A DNA stretch of 64,000 bases from Kondoa subrosea (taxonomy: Eukaryota), in the NCBI GenBank assembly GCA_039545335.1, contig BCIN01000011.1, positions 124,001 through 188,000 on the forward strand, read 5' to 3'. Below, piece after piece: positions 10,704 through 22,235 of the stretch. The notes under the pieces were generated by a model. The model did no database searches. It saw only the letters and a list, made by a program, of their open reading frames with translations, and was not told where the DNA came from. Position numbers and translations under genes: made by a program. The first letter of the stretch is position 1, and the number at the start of each line of letters is the position of its first letter.

Positions 10704-12909
10704 CTACAAGTTACTTCGTACTTCATCAAGAATTCCTAAAACTTCACTTGTATACTCTGTCAATTGTTTTGCATAAACAGTCAATTCCAACATCTCCCTT
10801 TCGATGCTCAACAACGCTTCTTTTGCTCTTGCTGCATTGACAATCGGTACAATTTCTCCAGAAGAAAGTGTCGTTGTAGAGGAAGAGGAAGAAGAAGAGT
10901 CACCAGCCAAAGCAGCGAAAATCGATGGACCTAAAGTATCGATTTCTCTTCCTTTAGCAGGTAAAGAAGCTTTAATGGCTCTTGCTATATTCCTCAACAC
11001 CAACATAGAAAGGAAACCTGCTCCAATCATGCTCCCGCTTAAATCGGTTGGTAGATGCCAGGTAGAATATTTGGTTGTGTAAGGAGGAGATAAAGGTTTG
11101 ATCACTCTGGCGGCGTTTTCTAGTTCTTTATAGCTATTCAGAGAGGGAGGTGGAACACCAGTAGAAAGTAAAATGGATAAAGCTGCAACGAGGATTTGCG
11201 TTGAGGTGGCCAGAGCTGGTTTGGTGGTCAATGAATTTGGAGCTGTTGCATACAATTCCATGGGTGTCATTTCTTTGTTAGGTGCCTGGGATCTTGAAGA
11301 GGAAGTAGACCATTTCTTTCTCAGCACCTCTGCTAGTTCTTGCCGATCTCGAACTTGAATTCCGCGAATGATGAACTTTTTCCCTTCTGTGTCGGAAATC
11401 ATTGGCATAGCAGTAGCAAAGGCATCCGTTGAATGTTTGACTACATCTGCTGCTGGTAGCATAGTAGCTTTCAGTGCTTGGGTCTGCTCAAATTGTTCTC
11501 TGTAGCTTGTCCATAACGCAACTTGAGTAACTTCAGCTTCGGGTACACCTTCGTATGCCCATCTCATCCTGTCAGCAACCACGCCTCACTATCAGAACAA
11601 AGCTGATAGAGTGATCACGGTGACTGACCAATGTATAGTCCTCTTAGTTTCCGGTATTGACCACAACATAGCCATCTCTTCCTGACCTAACAAAGTACTC
11701 TGAATCTTGACTTCCCCTTCCGCAGTCATACCAGCATTCAAAGTTTCCCTCATTTTCTGTTCTTTGGCTAATCGTTCTGCTCGATCTGTTGGTGGTTCAA
11801 CTTCAAAATCATCCCTTGATCCGCCTGTCGTTATCTTGGATAAGAGTAATCGAATGATTTGTAAGAGATCAGAACGTTCGCAGATTGAAGCGGCGTTAAT
11901 TGGGATTCGGGAATAAGAATAAAGAAAGTCGAGCAAGCAAGTGGTCAGATCTGAATCTTGAATAGGTATGAGTTCTAGAGCTCGAGTAACAATGTTTGAT
12001 TCTTCTGCTGTTGCTGGAATAGTGAAAGCTGCCGTATTGTGTTGATGAGTAGAATGAGTGTTGCTTGCTAATCCAGCCAAGACTCTATATGCGCCTAAAA
12101 CCAAAGCTCGATCGGAAGAGAAAGTATGGGAAGAGAGAAGTGGAATTATGCTATATGGTTGTTGTAGTCTGATTTCAGGAGCAACGGCTTCCAAGATTTC
12201 CAAAAGACAGATTTGAAGTTCTACTAAATCTGGATCTTGCGAAGGGGATGAAGGATCTGTTGTACCGTGAAGTAAAGCGTTTTGGCTGACTTCAAGTAGT
12301 TTAGGCTTGTGTTGGGACAGAGTAGCGATATTACGAGAATCCAGAGCAACATTTCGTAATACTGTTGCTGCTTCTACTGATCTTCGCCTGATTTGCAAAT
12401 CTTGCTGTGAGACTGGAAACGCTCTTGCCCAAGCTGGTTGTTCCACTCTTTGTTGATAAGCTTGATCCATCACATCCAGCAGGGCAGTGACTAGGCCAGG
12501 TGTTTTGTCCAACAGTAGAAGACCAGTATTGGCTGCTGTGACATGCAGATATCGCTCCAGCGCAAAATCAACTTCATCTGGAAGACCAGAACGGAGAGAT
12601 AACAAGAGTCTGTTACTGTGAGGCGGTTCTTCAATGTATACTGAGCATATGAACGCATTTTCAGTCCCAAGCAACAAACTGTAATCGAAGGAAGGAGAAC
12701 GAACGCGGACCAGGATAGATCTCTTTCAGATTTCGTATCGCTGCTAAGAGCGAGTTCTGATCAGATCCCAGTGTTTGATTGGCCAGAGCAGCCTTTGACA
12801 AGTTTTGTGGTAAAGATCGGTTGTTCCTATTCGCGAGCAGCAGAGGTTGCTGTGATCTAGGCTGATGACCAGCGTATGACTGCACAGGCGTCGGCGTGTT
12901 GCGCGACAT
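10704..12909 (-). CDS. RSC9: RSC chromatin-remodelling subunit Rsc9-like (ARM repeats plus RFX-type domain)
   Basis: NRLLLSLRSGLPDEVDFAL and an RFX-like segment WAYEGVPEAEVTQVALWTSYREQF...LPAADVVKH...FIIRGIQVR. Confidence 0.8.
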
Positions 12910-13414
12910 TGGTCTGGCCGACTCGTGTTGACCTTCATCTCATGCAAGAAATCAATACTCTTATTCGGAACCGTCTTATACTCTACAGCGAGCGATGCTC
13001 TACTACAATCCAGAGAACGGTCTCGCGCAACTATACCTCACCGCGTCGCGTTGCATCGTTTCCCCGACATAACATTGATCAACCACCGCTGCCTGAAGCG
13101 CTAGCCGTACCATACGACGGCCTGGAATATATACCGTCAGGCCTCTATTCTAGGCTTGCAGATCTCCGCCAGTAGTGCAAGCCGCTTTTGGAGCGAATTA
13201 CAAGCACCTTTAGATTTCTTGCCTAATCCGGTCTTGGACGAATTATGACATCCTTTTTTTCTGTGGGTGCTGCCAGTTACACTTTTCAATACATCCTGTT
13301 CCGTAATCGTTCTATTATTTCGCTTTCCTGCCTTTGTCGTTTTGTCGTTCTTGCTTCTCTCCTCTTTCCGTTTCTCTTAGCATTTCACTTTTACACTCGT
13401 ACATATATCCCTTC

Positions 13415-13438
13415 GCACGCACGCACGCACGCACGCAC
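13415..13438 (+). repeat. (GCAC)6 tetranucleotide microsatellite just upstream of the ATG at 13448
   Basis: Read directly: gcacgcacgcacgcacgcacgcac. Confidence 0.95.
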
Positions 13439-13447
13439 GGCACAACA

Positions 13448-15585
13448 ATGAACAATCAGCGTCGACGATCTTCAGCCGGTATCGTCTTCGCTGCACTTCT
13501 TTCAGCAGGCAATCTCTTCACGGCAACAGAAGCAGCTCCTTTGATAGTTGGAGGTGACTTGAGTCAAGCTTCACCTACAAACAATTGGTCACCACCTGTT
13601 CCAACTGGTTTCGCTCATCATGGCAAAAGAGCAGGTTCATTCGCTTTCCGTGATCGACATCAAAGGCTAGGGAAAAGAGATTTGGTTGGTGGAGCAAATG
13701 CTTTGAACGCGGCAGTTGGTACTACTCCAACTAATGCGACCCAAAATTGCATGCCTGCTAATAGTACCGATAACGATATGTGCGTTTTCTTCTTTCTTTG
13801 CAAAGAATGACTTAAGACCTGACTCAAATGATTTGTTAACAGATCGAAACTCTTTTACACTGGTGGACCGGGATACAAAGTCGCTCTTTGTCCATCAACT
13901 ACCTACACTTTAACAGACACCATCACCATGTGGGCTGCAGATCAAGAACTCTACACTTTGGGTTATCCAACAGATGACACAAGAGCAACTTTACTCGTTA
14001 CCGGTCCAGAGCAAGCGGCTGCTGTTTTTACTGGTTGTGATTTATGTCAAGGAGCTGCTTTGAGGAGTGTGCAAGTAAATGGCAATCGACCTGGATTGGG
14101 TTATATAAAGGTATGCTCTGTCTTTCTCAGCCTGGAGCGATCAGAAGTTGATTGATAATTTGACAGGCTGGAGCTGCTCTGATCGAAGCTGGTGGTGTCT
14201 CAGGCAATCAGACTATTGAAAATTGTCACATCTTTGAGCCAAGAGGATGGTCAGCATTACATGTAGCTGGTAAGCTTTTCTCCTCCTTTGTGTTTTGCTT
14301 CTCCAGCTAAAGGTCAACGCAGAGGGACCTCAAAACGCTTGCGAAGGCATGCAAGTTCTCTCCAACAGCGTTGGTCCATCAGGCAATGCGCCAAACACAG
14401 CCAAGCAATACAAGCGCGATCTGACTGCTTTGGCCAATTACATGTCTACTCCATCTCATGAACTTCAAGCCCGAGATGTGATCGCCCCAGGTCAATGGGC
14501 CGATGGAATCTCGCTTTCCTGCAGAAACAGTCTAGTTACCAATAATGTTATCACGGATGCTACAGATGGATCAATCGTCATCTTTGGTTCCCCTGGTTCA
14601 GCAGTACACAACAACACAATCGTTTCGCAGCAAAGAGTAGCTTTAGGTGGAATCAATATGGTTGATTTCAATCCTTGGTGAGTTTGTTTCTCCCTTTGTC
14701 TTGGCTGTAGGCTGATTTTGGTTACAGGGGAGGAGATTACACCAACGTCACTGTCATGAACAATCTGCTACGAACTGAAGGAAGCATGATCAAAGTCGGC
14801 GTAGCTATTGGAGGCATGACTTGGGGAAGCGACAACAATGTACAATTGCAAACCAAGAATGGCAGAGTCGTCAACAACACCTTCCAGTCCACTGACAGCG
14901 GCTACTTTGGCTACGGTATTTCAGTTGCAGGCCATCAAAACATCTTCACATCCGGTAACAACTTCGATGCCGCAAATTTCAACCTCGCGCCATCTGAGGC
15001 TTGCATTCCAAACCTTATGCCACCACAAGCTCAAGCTCTAGTCAGAGATCCTGCTACAAGTTATGGAGCTTTCCAACGAACCACTCCACCTTTCACTTTG
15101 GCTTTCCTCGTTTGCGTTATGCCAACAAAATTCGCCTCCGGCAACTTTACCAAGCGTGACACTGCACCTCTTTTCATTGATGATCGTATGTATTGCTTAC
15201 TGTATGCATTGTCTTGTTGATTAATAAGCTTTCGATAGGTCCAGCTGCGTTATCTGGTACCGAAGCGGAACTGGCAAAAGCTGTTGAGGTCATCGACAAA
15301 GCCGACTCTCCCTTCCCTTACGGCAATGTGCAAAAGCTAGAAGCAAGACAAGAATACACCATCTACGACGTTCAAATCATTCCAGCCGAAGTCCCTTCTG
15401 GTCTGTCCAAACGCACTATTCAACACGTCAGAAAGAATGTTCTTGGCTTGGCTAAGCGAAGTACAACAAACAGCACGGTCAAGCGTGAAAAGAGGGAACG
15501 ACCTTGGTTTGGCGGACTCAACGAATTCGGTCGTTTGGCTTTTGACAAGAGAAGCGTTTTGCAGCAAGAGAATGTTATTGCTTAG
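13448..15585 (+). CDS. Secreted right-handed parallel beta-helix (pectin-lyase-fold) protein with multiple Kex2-type sites
   Basis: Signal peptide; Asn/Gly/Ile-rich repeats (WADGISLSCRNSLVTNNVITDATDGSIVIFGSPGSAVHNNTI, IFEPRGWSALHV); several KR sites. Confidence 0.75.
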
Positions 15586-15781
15586 TGATGATAGTCAAAC
15601 AGCTGGAACTGTTGTTGTCAAGTGTTTGTAATCGTTCTTCTACATCTCTTGTTCTTTCGAAATATAATGTACATAGTAATTTATAGATATACGGAAATGG
15701 ATGTTATACCTTCTGTTATACACATTTCAAAGCTTCGCTCATTTTTGTCCTGTTGTCCTGCTCTGGCAATTGCGTGACACT

Positions 15782-17584
15782 TCACCTTCGGTTATATCTG
15801 ACCATTCTGCTGTAGGTAGCGGTCCCAGCAGCCACTGCCGCTGCGCCACTCATAGTTGTACCAACAAAGATAGTCAGGTTCTTGAAACCAAACGCGCTAG
15901 TTAAACAGTCAGCGATGCTTCGGTTGACATGTCCAAGCTTACCCGTAATCACTGAGAGTCGTTGTGGGCTTGTATAATTGAGCAGCAAAGATTGGGCCGA
16001 CAATTGCAGTCACTCCCTACATAGCTCAGATTAGGTCACTAATGGATGAGGTAGCCATTTTAATCACCTTGACAGCTGCAAAGAGACCAAAAACCGTTCC
16101 CATCTCACCTAATTGCCAATTCGCGCTCTGTTTGGCTGCTGCGGGCCATGTGCTCGAGAAACCACCACCGATTATTCCGAAGAGTACGGCGAAAAGCATC
16201 ACCTGGACACTGTGAGAAGCGATACGAGGGATATTGAGGTATGCACTCACTGTCGCTAGCTGTCTAACAGCCAGGCCAAACAGCAAGAACGCGATTAAGC
16301 TAGCCACGAAGCAGCTGATAGCGTTGACCATGCTATAAGACTTGCGGTCGCATACTGTATGAGATGGCATGAGCGATGACTATTGTTTGGAAAACAAGTA
16401 CTTGCGCCAGCCAACTCCGAATTGGGCGATCAAAGTAGAAGCATTGAAAAGAGCGAGAGCGCCGTTGCCGTCTAACCTCGACAACCCAAGAGAAGTTGCG
16501 TATGTTGGGAGATATAGTGAGATCGGGATGAAAGACAGGTTTTGCAATATGATGGTCAAGCACTATACAAAGAGAATAAGCTTTTGTGGTACAGGTAGAC
16601 AAAGACGTACAAAGAGCCAAAAGGCTGGATTGCGAATGAAATTGTAGCTAGCAGGCATCATCGGAGCTCGCGGTCCCTTCCACTTGCGAACTGGAATACG
16701 AGGCTGGCAAAATATGAGAGCCACACCGACTATCAGTGCTACGATGCCAGCGTAGATTCTCATGGTCCATCGAAATCCCACATTGTCCAACAAAGACGAT
16801 AGAAGCAAAGGGCAGACTGTCCCGCCAAGTCCAGTTCCGGCTGATCAAGCGTTTTAGCTATATCTAATAGCCAATGCAGTTTTCTCACCGAAAATGACAC
16901 CTGAAGACGGTTGAGTTCATCTACACTTGTAGGAAAAAGAAAAGGATCCCCACCTCCATGCAAACTTCTCCGCTTGTCTGTCCATTCGTTGAGCCACTGT
17001 ATGATTGGAGCCCATAGCGCGGCTGCCGAAACCCCCGCAACGATGCCTTGTAGAAGAATCAGTTGCCAAACTTGTGTAGCGAAACTTGAGGCGACATAGG
17101 ACAGGACCATTAGACACAACGAGATAATCATGATAGGCTTAGCCCAGTCTGGATATCTTGCAAAGAAGGGAAATAGGACGATCAGAAGACAGTACTGGAG
17201 GGCCAGAGCAACAGTCCCAACTATACCATTCTATGTATGAGTGAGAAGGCTTGGGATAGGGTGCGAACATACTGGAAGAGATTGCAGATGCGGAAGATTT
17301 ATTGAAGGGAGGTGTTGCCAGATAGTACTCTTGGAATGTACCAAAGCTGAGTCCAAAGCCAAACACGAAGGATTCGATGATGCCTTGAACGAAGTTAAGA
17401 TGACTCAGGCAGCAGAAAAGACTAGGAGCGCACAAGCAGAGAGAGTGAACGACCAGACGCCCCTTCCATAATCAAGAGGAGGCAGATTCGACGCAAGCTG
17501 CTCTCCAGCTGCTGCCTCGTTCAAAGTCTCGTCCAAAGTCTTCAGCTCGACTGGCACATCGTGGTGATCTGCTTGTAGATCCAT
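15782..17584 (-). CDS. MFS transporter, monocarboxylate porter (Mch-like) family
   Basis: LPPLDYGRGVWSF, FGFGLSFGTFQEYY, SFATQVWQLILLQGIVAG, LNEWTDKRR..GVIFAGTGLGG, VGFRWTMRI; multiple hydrophobic segments. Confidence 0.88.
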
Positions 17585-17789
17585 GGAAAGTACAACCGGA
17601 AAGATAAGCGTAGAAGACCGTGTGAGATGTCGATGGCAGATACTGCAGGCGAAAGAGCACAAAAATGATGACTGTAGCACTGCTTAGTAAGCAGAAACTC
17701 AAATTCACCAGTGGGCTCTTAAGGCAGTATGGGCATCACAAAGCAAGCGATGAAGCTGCAAGAGCTACTCATTGAAGCTTTTCATCTGG

Positions 17790-20175
17790 TTACAAGCATG
17801 CCTGATATTTGGCCAACGCTTTCCGATGTACCTCATTGTACTCTTTCTGTCTGACGACCTTGACCTGATTGCCTTCAGCTTGATAAGCTTCCAACAACGT
17901 TTCACCCAAAGTCAAGCCCAATCTTGGATTACCAACCACACTCTCGTCGACCACATCTGCAACGGCTTTGGCTTTCTCTTTATCCTTTCCTTTGGCAGAA
18001 GGTTTTGTTGATCCCATTCCTCTTGCCATAGTGAAAGCAGAAACCAGCATCTTGGTACCTTCATCTGTCTTGGTGCGGACAAAGAGGGCAGCTAATAAAG
18101 CAAGAATGACTGGTTTAGCATGGTTCTTGGTTGTTTGGTTGGCTAGTACCAGAGCAGCGGAAAGATGATGTCTAGAAGGAACTATGAGCTCTGATCAACA
18201 ATCGACCAGATCTGAGCACTAACTTTGCCTTGACTATTCCCTTTCGAGTGGTTGCCGTCAGAATCGAGCCTGCCATTTGCAATTCGGGTGATTCGGAAGC
18301 CGCACAAGCAGAAGTGATCTCGTTCAGCATATCATGCAGCGGAAGAGTTCGATAATCGACGGCCGGAGCTTTCTTGACTGTCGACCCGTTCGGCGTACCA
18401 CCTCGACCTGGTGTACTAGCAGCAGATTGGATAGTGCTTCGTAATCGAAGGTCGTTCATCAAATGTTCTCGCTTGCCGAGTCGGATGAAAGCAATACCAA
18501 TCTTAGCTTGGAGCGATAGGTTGTATTGCTGGGAATCGGGTAGGGTAAGGGATTGATAATACTCAAGAGCTTCTTCTGTTTGATTAAGAACATGATATAG
18601 CATAGCTTGCGTTAAAGTGATCTTGCCGCGATATGTTGGCCAAAGTTGAGGTTGATCTCTGATAACATAATCAAGCAATTCTTCCAACAGCTGAGAAAGA
18701 CATCAGCCAACTTATTGTACTACACTTCATGTCACGAACCTTTTGTACTTCGTCAATTTTTGACCTCATGAGCAGAATCGAGATTTTGACAAGCACGATT
18801 TCCGCCTTGACTTCTCTCACTTTCCCTAAGCTCTCTTCGACTCTAACTAAAGGTTTGCCTTTGATACCTTCTTTGGACCCATCTCGCAGGTATTCCTCAA
18901 CCGCTTTCATGCCTGCATCGATGTAAAGCATGCATTTCGGAGGTTTGCCTAAAGGATCTCGATAACCATATGCTGTAAGAAGGAAAACGATAGTGTACAA
19001 GACTGGACGAGATGTCGTTTGGAAAGTAATCGATAAAGAATCAGAAGCAGGTTTAGCTGAAGAAGAAACGAGAGGAAGCTGAGAAGATTGATCAGTACTG
19101 TAAAGACGCTTCGAGCACAGCAAAGACGCACAACGATCCGTCCATCTACTTCATTCTGGCTTGCCTTAGCGCTTGAGTCTAGCATAGCATGAATCTGTTT
19201 CAGGCCAGCTTTAACATCTTCTGTCGAAGTAGGTGTACAATTCGCTTGCGAATCATAGATAACTTGCAGTGTCAGGTAATTGATTTGAAGCTGATTAGTG
19301 AGAGATGCCTTGGGTTGCTGAGAAAGATGGGTTTTGATGTCGGCTAAATCCGCTTTAGCCAAACCCCATTTGTCTTCTTGCATAGCCCAACGTGCTCTCA
19401 TGAGGCGGAAGAAAGCTAGAACCGAGTCTTCGCCGCGAGCTGTCGCAATTTCGATGAGAGGAGAGAAGGATTGTTGTGTCGGCGTAAGAGCATAAGCGAG
19501 AAGATGGAAATGGTAGATCCATTGAGGATCTTCTCCAGAATCAGGGTGCAATAGATTGACCATTCTTTTGACCTCGCCTTTCGCTAATTTCTCAGCTGTG
19601 CTTCCCGCTCCTCCAAGAGCATTGAAACGGATCTGAGCTGATACCAAAGCAAGATAGAAAGGCCGCAGCGCTTGATGTTTTTGTGAATTCAGCAGACCCT
19701 TGTGTAAGATCTGTTCCACTTCTGGTCTGGATGCTCCATTAGGTCCACAATCTCCTTCAGTGACGAGTAATTCGATGAGCAAGAGTCGACAGATCAAGTC
19801 GTGTTCTGGCTTGTAATCTTGACCGGAAGACGCGACGGACAGAGCAGCACGGAGACAGATAGAAGCAGACAGAATGTGCTGCCTGTAAAGATTCAGGACA
19901 TGGATAGAGGCGCGAGGATTGTTCAACTTCAACGTGAGAGCCCTCGCCGAAGCGATGCAAGATTGAGCAGCATGAATGAGAAGAACAGCTTGTGGAAGAG
20001 CGACCAGAGGTGCTGCAGACTCTTGTGGCTCCAATTTCACTCGCTTGTTTTCTGGCCCAGCAGCTTTATCTTCTTCTTCCGTTCTACCACGTTTGCTTGA
20101 AGTGAAAGACGAATCAGAAGTGATTACAGCTGCCTCTGCTAGCATTCCAGGCTGCTGCGAGCCAGATCTAGCCAT
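17790..20175 (-). CDS. Cohesin loader subunit Scc4/MAU2/Ssl3-like TPR protein
   Basis: Helical-repeat protein with HILSASICLRAAL...LICRLLLIELLVTEG...VEQILHKGL and a C-terminal VGNPRLGLTLGETLLEAY, resembling basidiomycete MAU2-like proteins. Recognised from memory; not searched. Confidence 0.6.
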
Positions 20176-20620
20176 TTTCTTCGTCAGAACAAAATCGCGG
20201 TTTCGCAGCAACAAGAACATCTCAAAATCCTGCATTGGCGTTACACGAGGTTATGCTACAATGCTATAATCTAGCTGATTAGAGGCAATTTACGGCTCAT
20301 GGTGAATACTAGCCTCGGACGTGTCGAATTCTTCGGTTTATCGGGTTTGTTCACGGCTCTTATTCTATCTCCTCGCTAGCTTTGCCGTGCTCTGTATGTC
20401 TTTTACTCCATGGCTAGTAATGAAAGTCCTCGGTTTTGGTTCGGCGACCGCGTTGGACCTGTTCTTCCAGCAGACGAGACCATCTGTTTTCCCCTTTGTA
20501 TGCGGTTAACTCCATGGTAAGCGTAGCTACGTTCTTGACTATTCTTCTTACTTAACAGCCTTCATCTTCTCTCTTATACCTTCGTTTCTCTTCTCTCTAT
20601 CCCCGTGCTTTGTCGTCATA

Positions 20621-22025
20621 ATGTCTTCTTCAACCATGAGTGAAGAGCAGCGCGCCAAGATTCGCGACCGTCAAGCTGCTCTTGCTAGAGCACATCTATC
20701 AGCAACCACAGTGGATCGAATCTTACCCAACAACAAGAACATAGTGCATGCCAATGCACCTACTCGCCAACGGTCTTCGAGCATGGGTTCTCAAGGTATA
20801 GCACAGCCACAAGGTCAAGCTCTTCCTCCTCCACCTTCCAATGCTACCCGTACTTGGGGTCCATCAAGGGAATCAAGAATGAGAATGGCAGAAGCAGCGA
20901 GGCAGAAGAATCAACTCAACCTTCAACTATTGCGTTATTTCCTCTATCGGTTTTATTCGCAAAGACCAGCGTACAGAGTCCGTAACCTCGAAGATATCTT
21001 CTTGATGTCTTCCAAACTGATTGTTGAAACTTATGATAGCCTGGACAACAATTACTCATGCGTCCTGTTAAAGAAGATGGATCTTGGGCTACGGAAGATG
21101 TGAAATTGATCCCTGTTCGGATTGAGGCTATACAAGGTGGCAAGAAACAGGGTGTGCCATTTGGTAAAGTGAGCTTTCTAGCAAGGGGAGAAGCACAACA
21201 AGCTGATGATGTATTGTCTAGACATTGGCTTTCTGGCAGTATATGGTTAGCTGGAGAGTTGATGGATCGAATGATAGGGTTATGACTACTAGATGGGATC
21301 TCGAATTGGGGTGCGGACTAGAGTTGGGTTTGCGAGAGACTTCTGGTAAGACTTTTCTCACTTATTACGGGAAAGGGCTCATGAATGTTATGCCAGGTCC
21401 TGGTGTACTTGATTCAAGTGTAGAAATAGTGGAAGATATCTCTACTCTTTACAATCAGAACCCCTTCTCTGCCATGTTCGGCAACAACCCTCATTCACAG
21501 CAATCAGCAGAGCATTTGTATGCGGACAAAAGATCTTCTTCTCAGCAACAGCCAATTGGGAAGGTCGAACATCAAGCATCTCAATCCATCTTCGAAGGAG
21601 TTCGTGTTCATCCGAATAACTCGTCGCCCAAATTTGTGTTGCAAGCTGCTCCCGCTGGTCGTGTCTACAAGCCTTTACCTCTTCGACCTCACAGTTCTTC
21701 TTTGCAAGTACCGCGACCTGAAGGACCTAACCGAAGACGTTCTGCTTCAGATCCAGGAAAATATATGATGCAAAATCGAACTCTTCCAGAAATCCCAGAC
21801 AGACCTTCTTCCGTTCCACCTTCATCTACTACCAAAGCAATGTTTCACAATGTGCAGCTACCGAAACTCAATTTGCCTAAATCACCTCTTTGGGATTTCA
21901 CAACTCGGACGCGCAAACGCGCTTATTCTGAAGTGGAACTTGCTCAAATCCAACAAGCTGATCTCACTTCTCTTGGTATTGGTGTTGCAGAAGTCCATAC
22001 GGAGGAGATAGGGGCTATGGAATGA
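20621..22025 (+). CDS. Hypothetical protein: small folded core within a disordered Pro/Ser-rich sequence
   Basis: Three exons join in frame using GTCCGT..TAG and GTGAGC..TAG introns. Confidence 0.7.
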
Positions 22026-22235
22026 AAGTATGTTTTTTCGTGAACTGTGTATACCAGGGGATTCGTACGTGATAGAGCTTTATATTCTTGTATATCTCGT
22101 ACTTGCACTGTCACTTTTACACGTCGGCGTGGAATTCCCGATTCTTAAGCCTTCGAGAGCCAGCTTGTTTCGAGTCCGCGACTTTGATACCTTTCACCTG
22201 CTAGAATCATTCCAAGACAGTACTAGAAGGTCAAG

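Noticed and set aside
10704..10715. Rsc9 C-terminal SNL as a peroxisomal PTS1
   Set aside because: Weak variant on a nuclear chromatin protein, with no other support.
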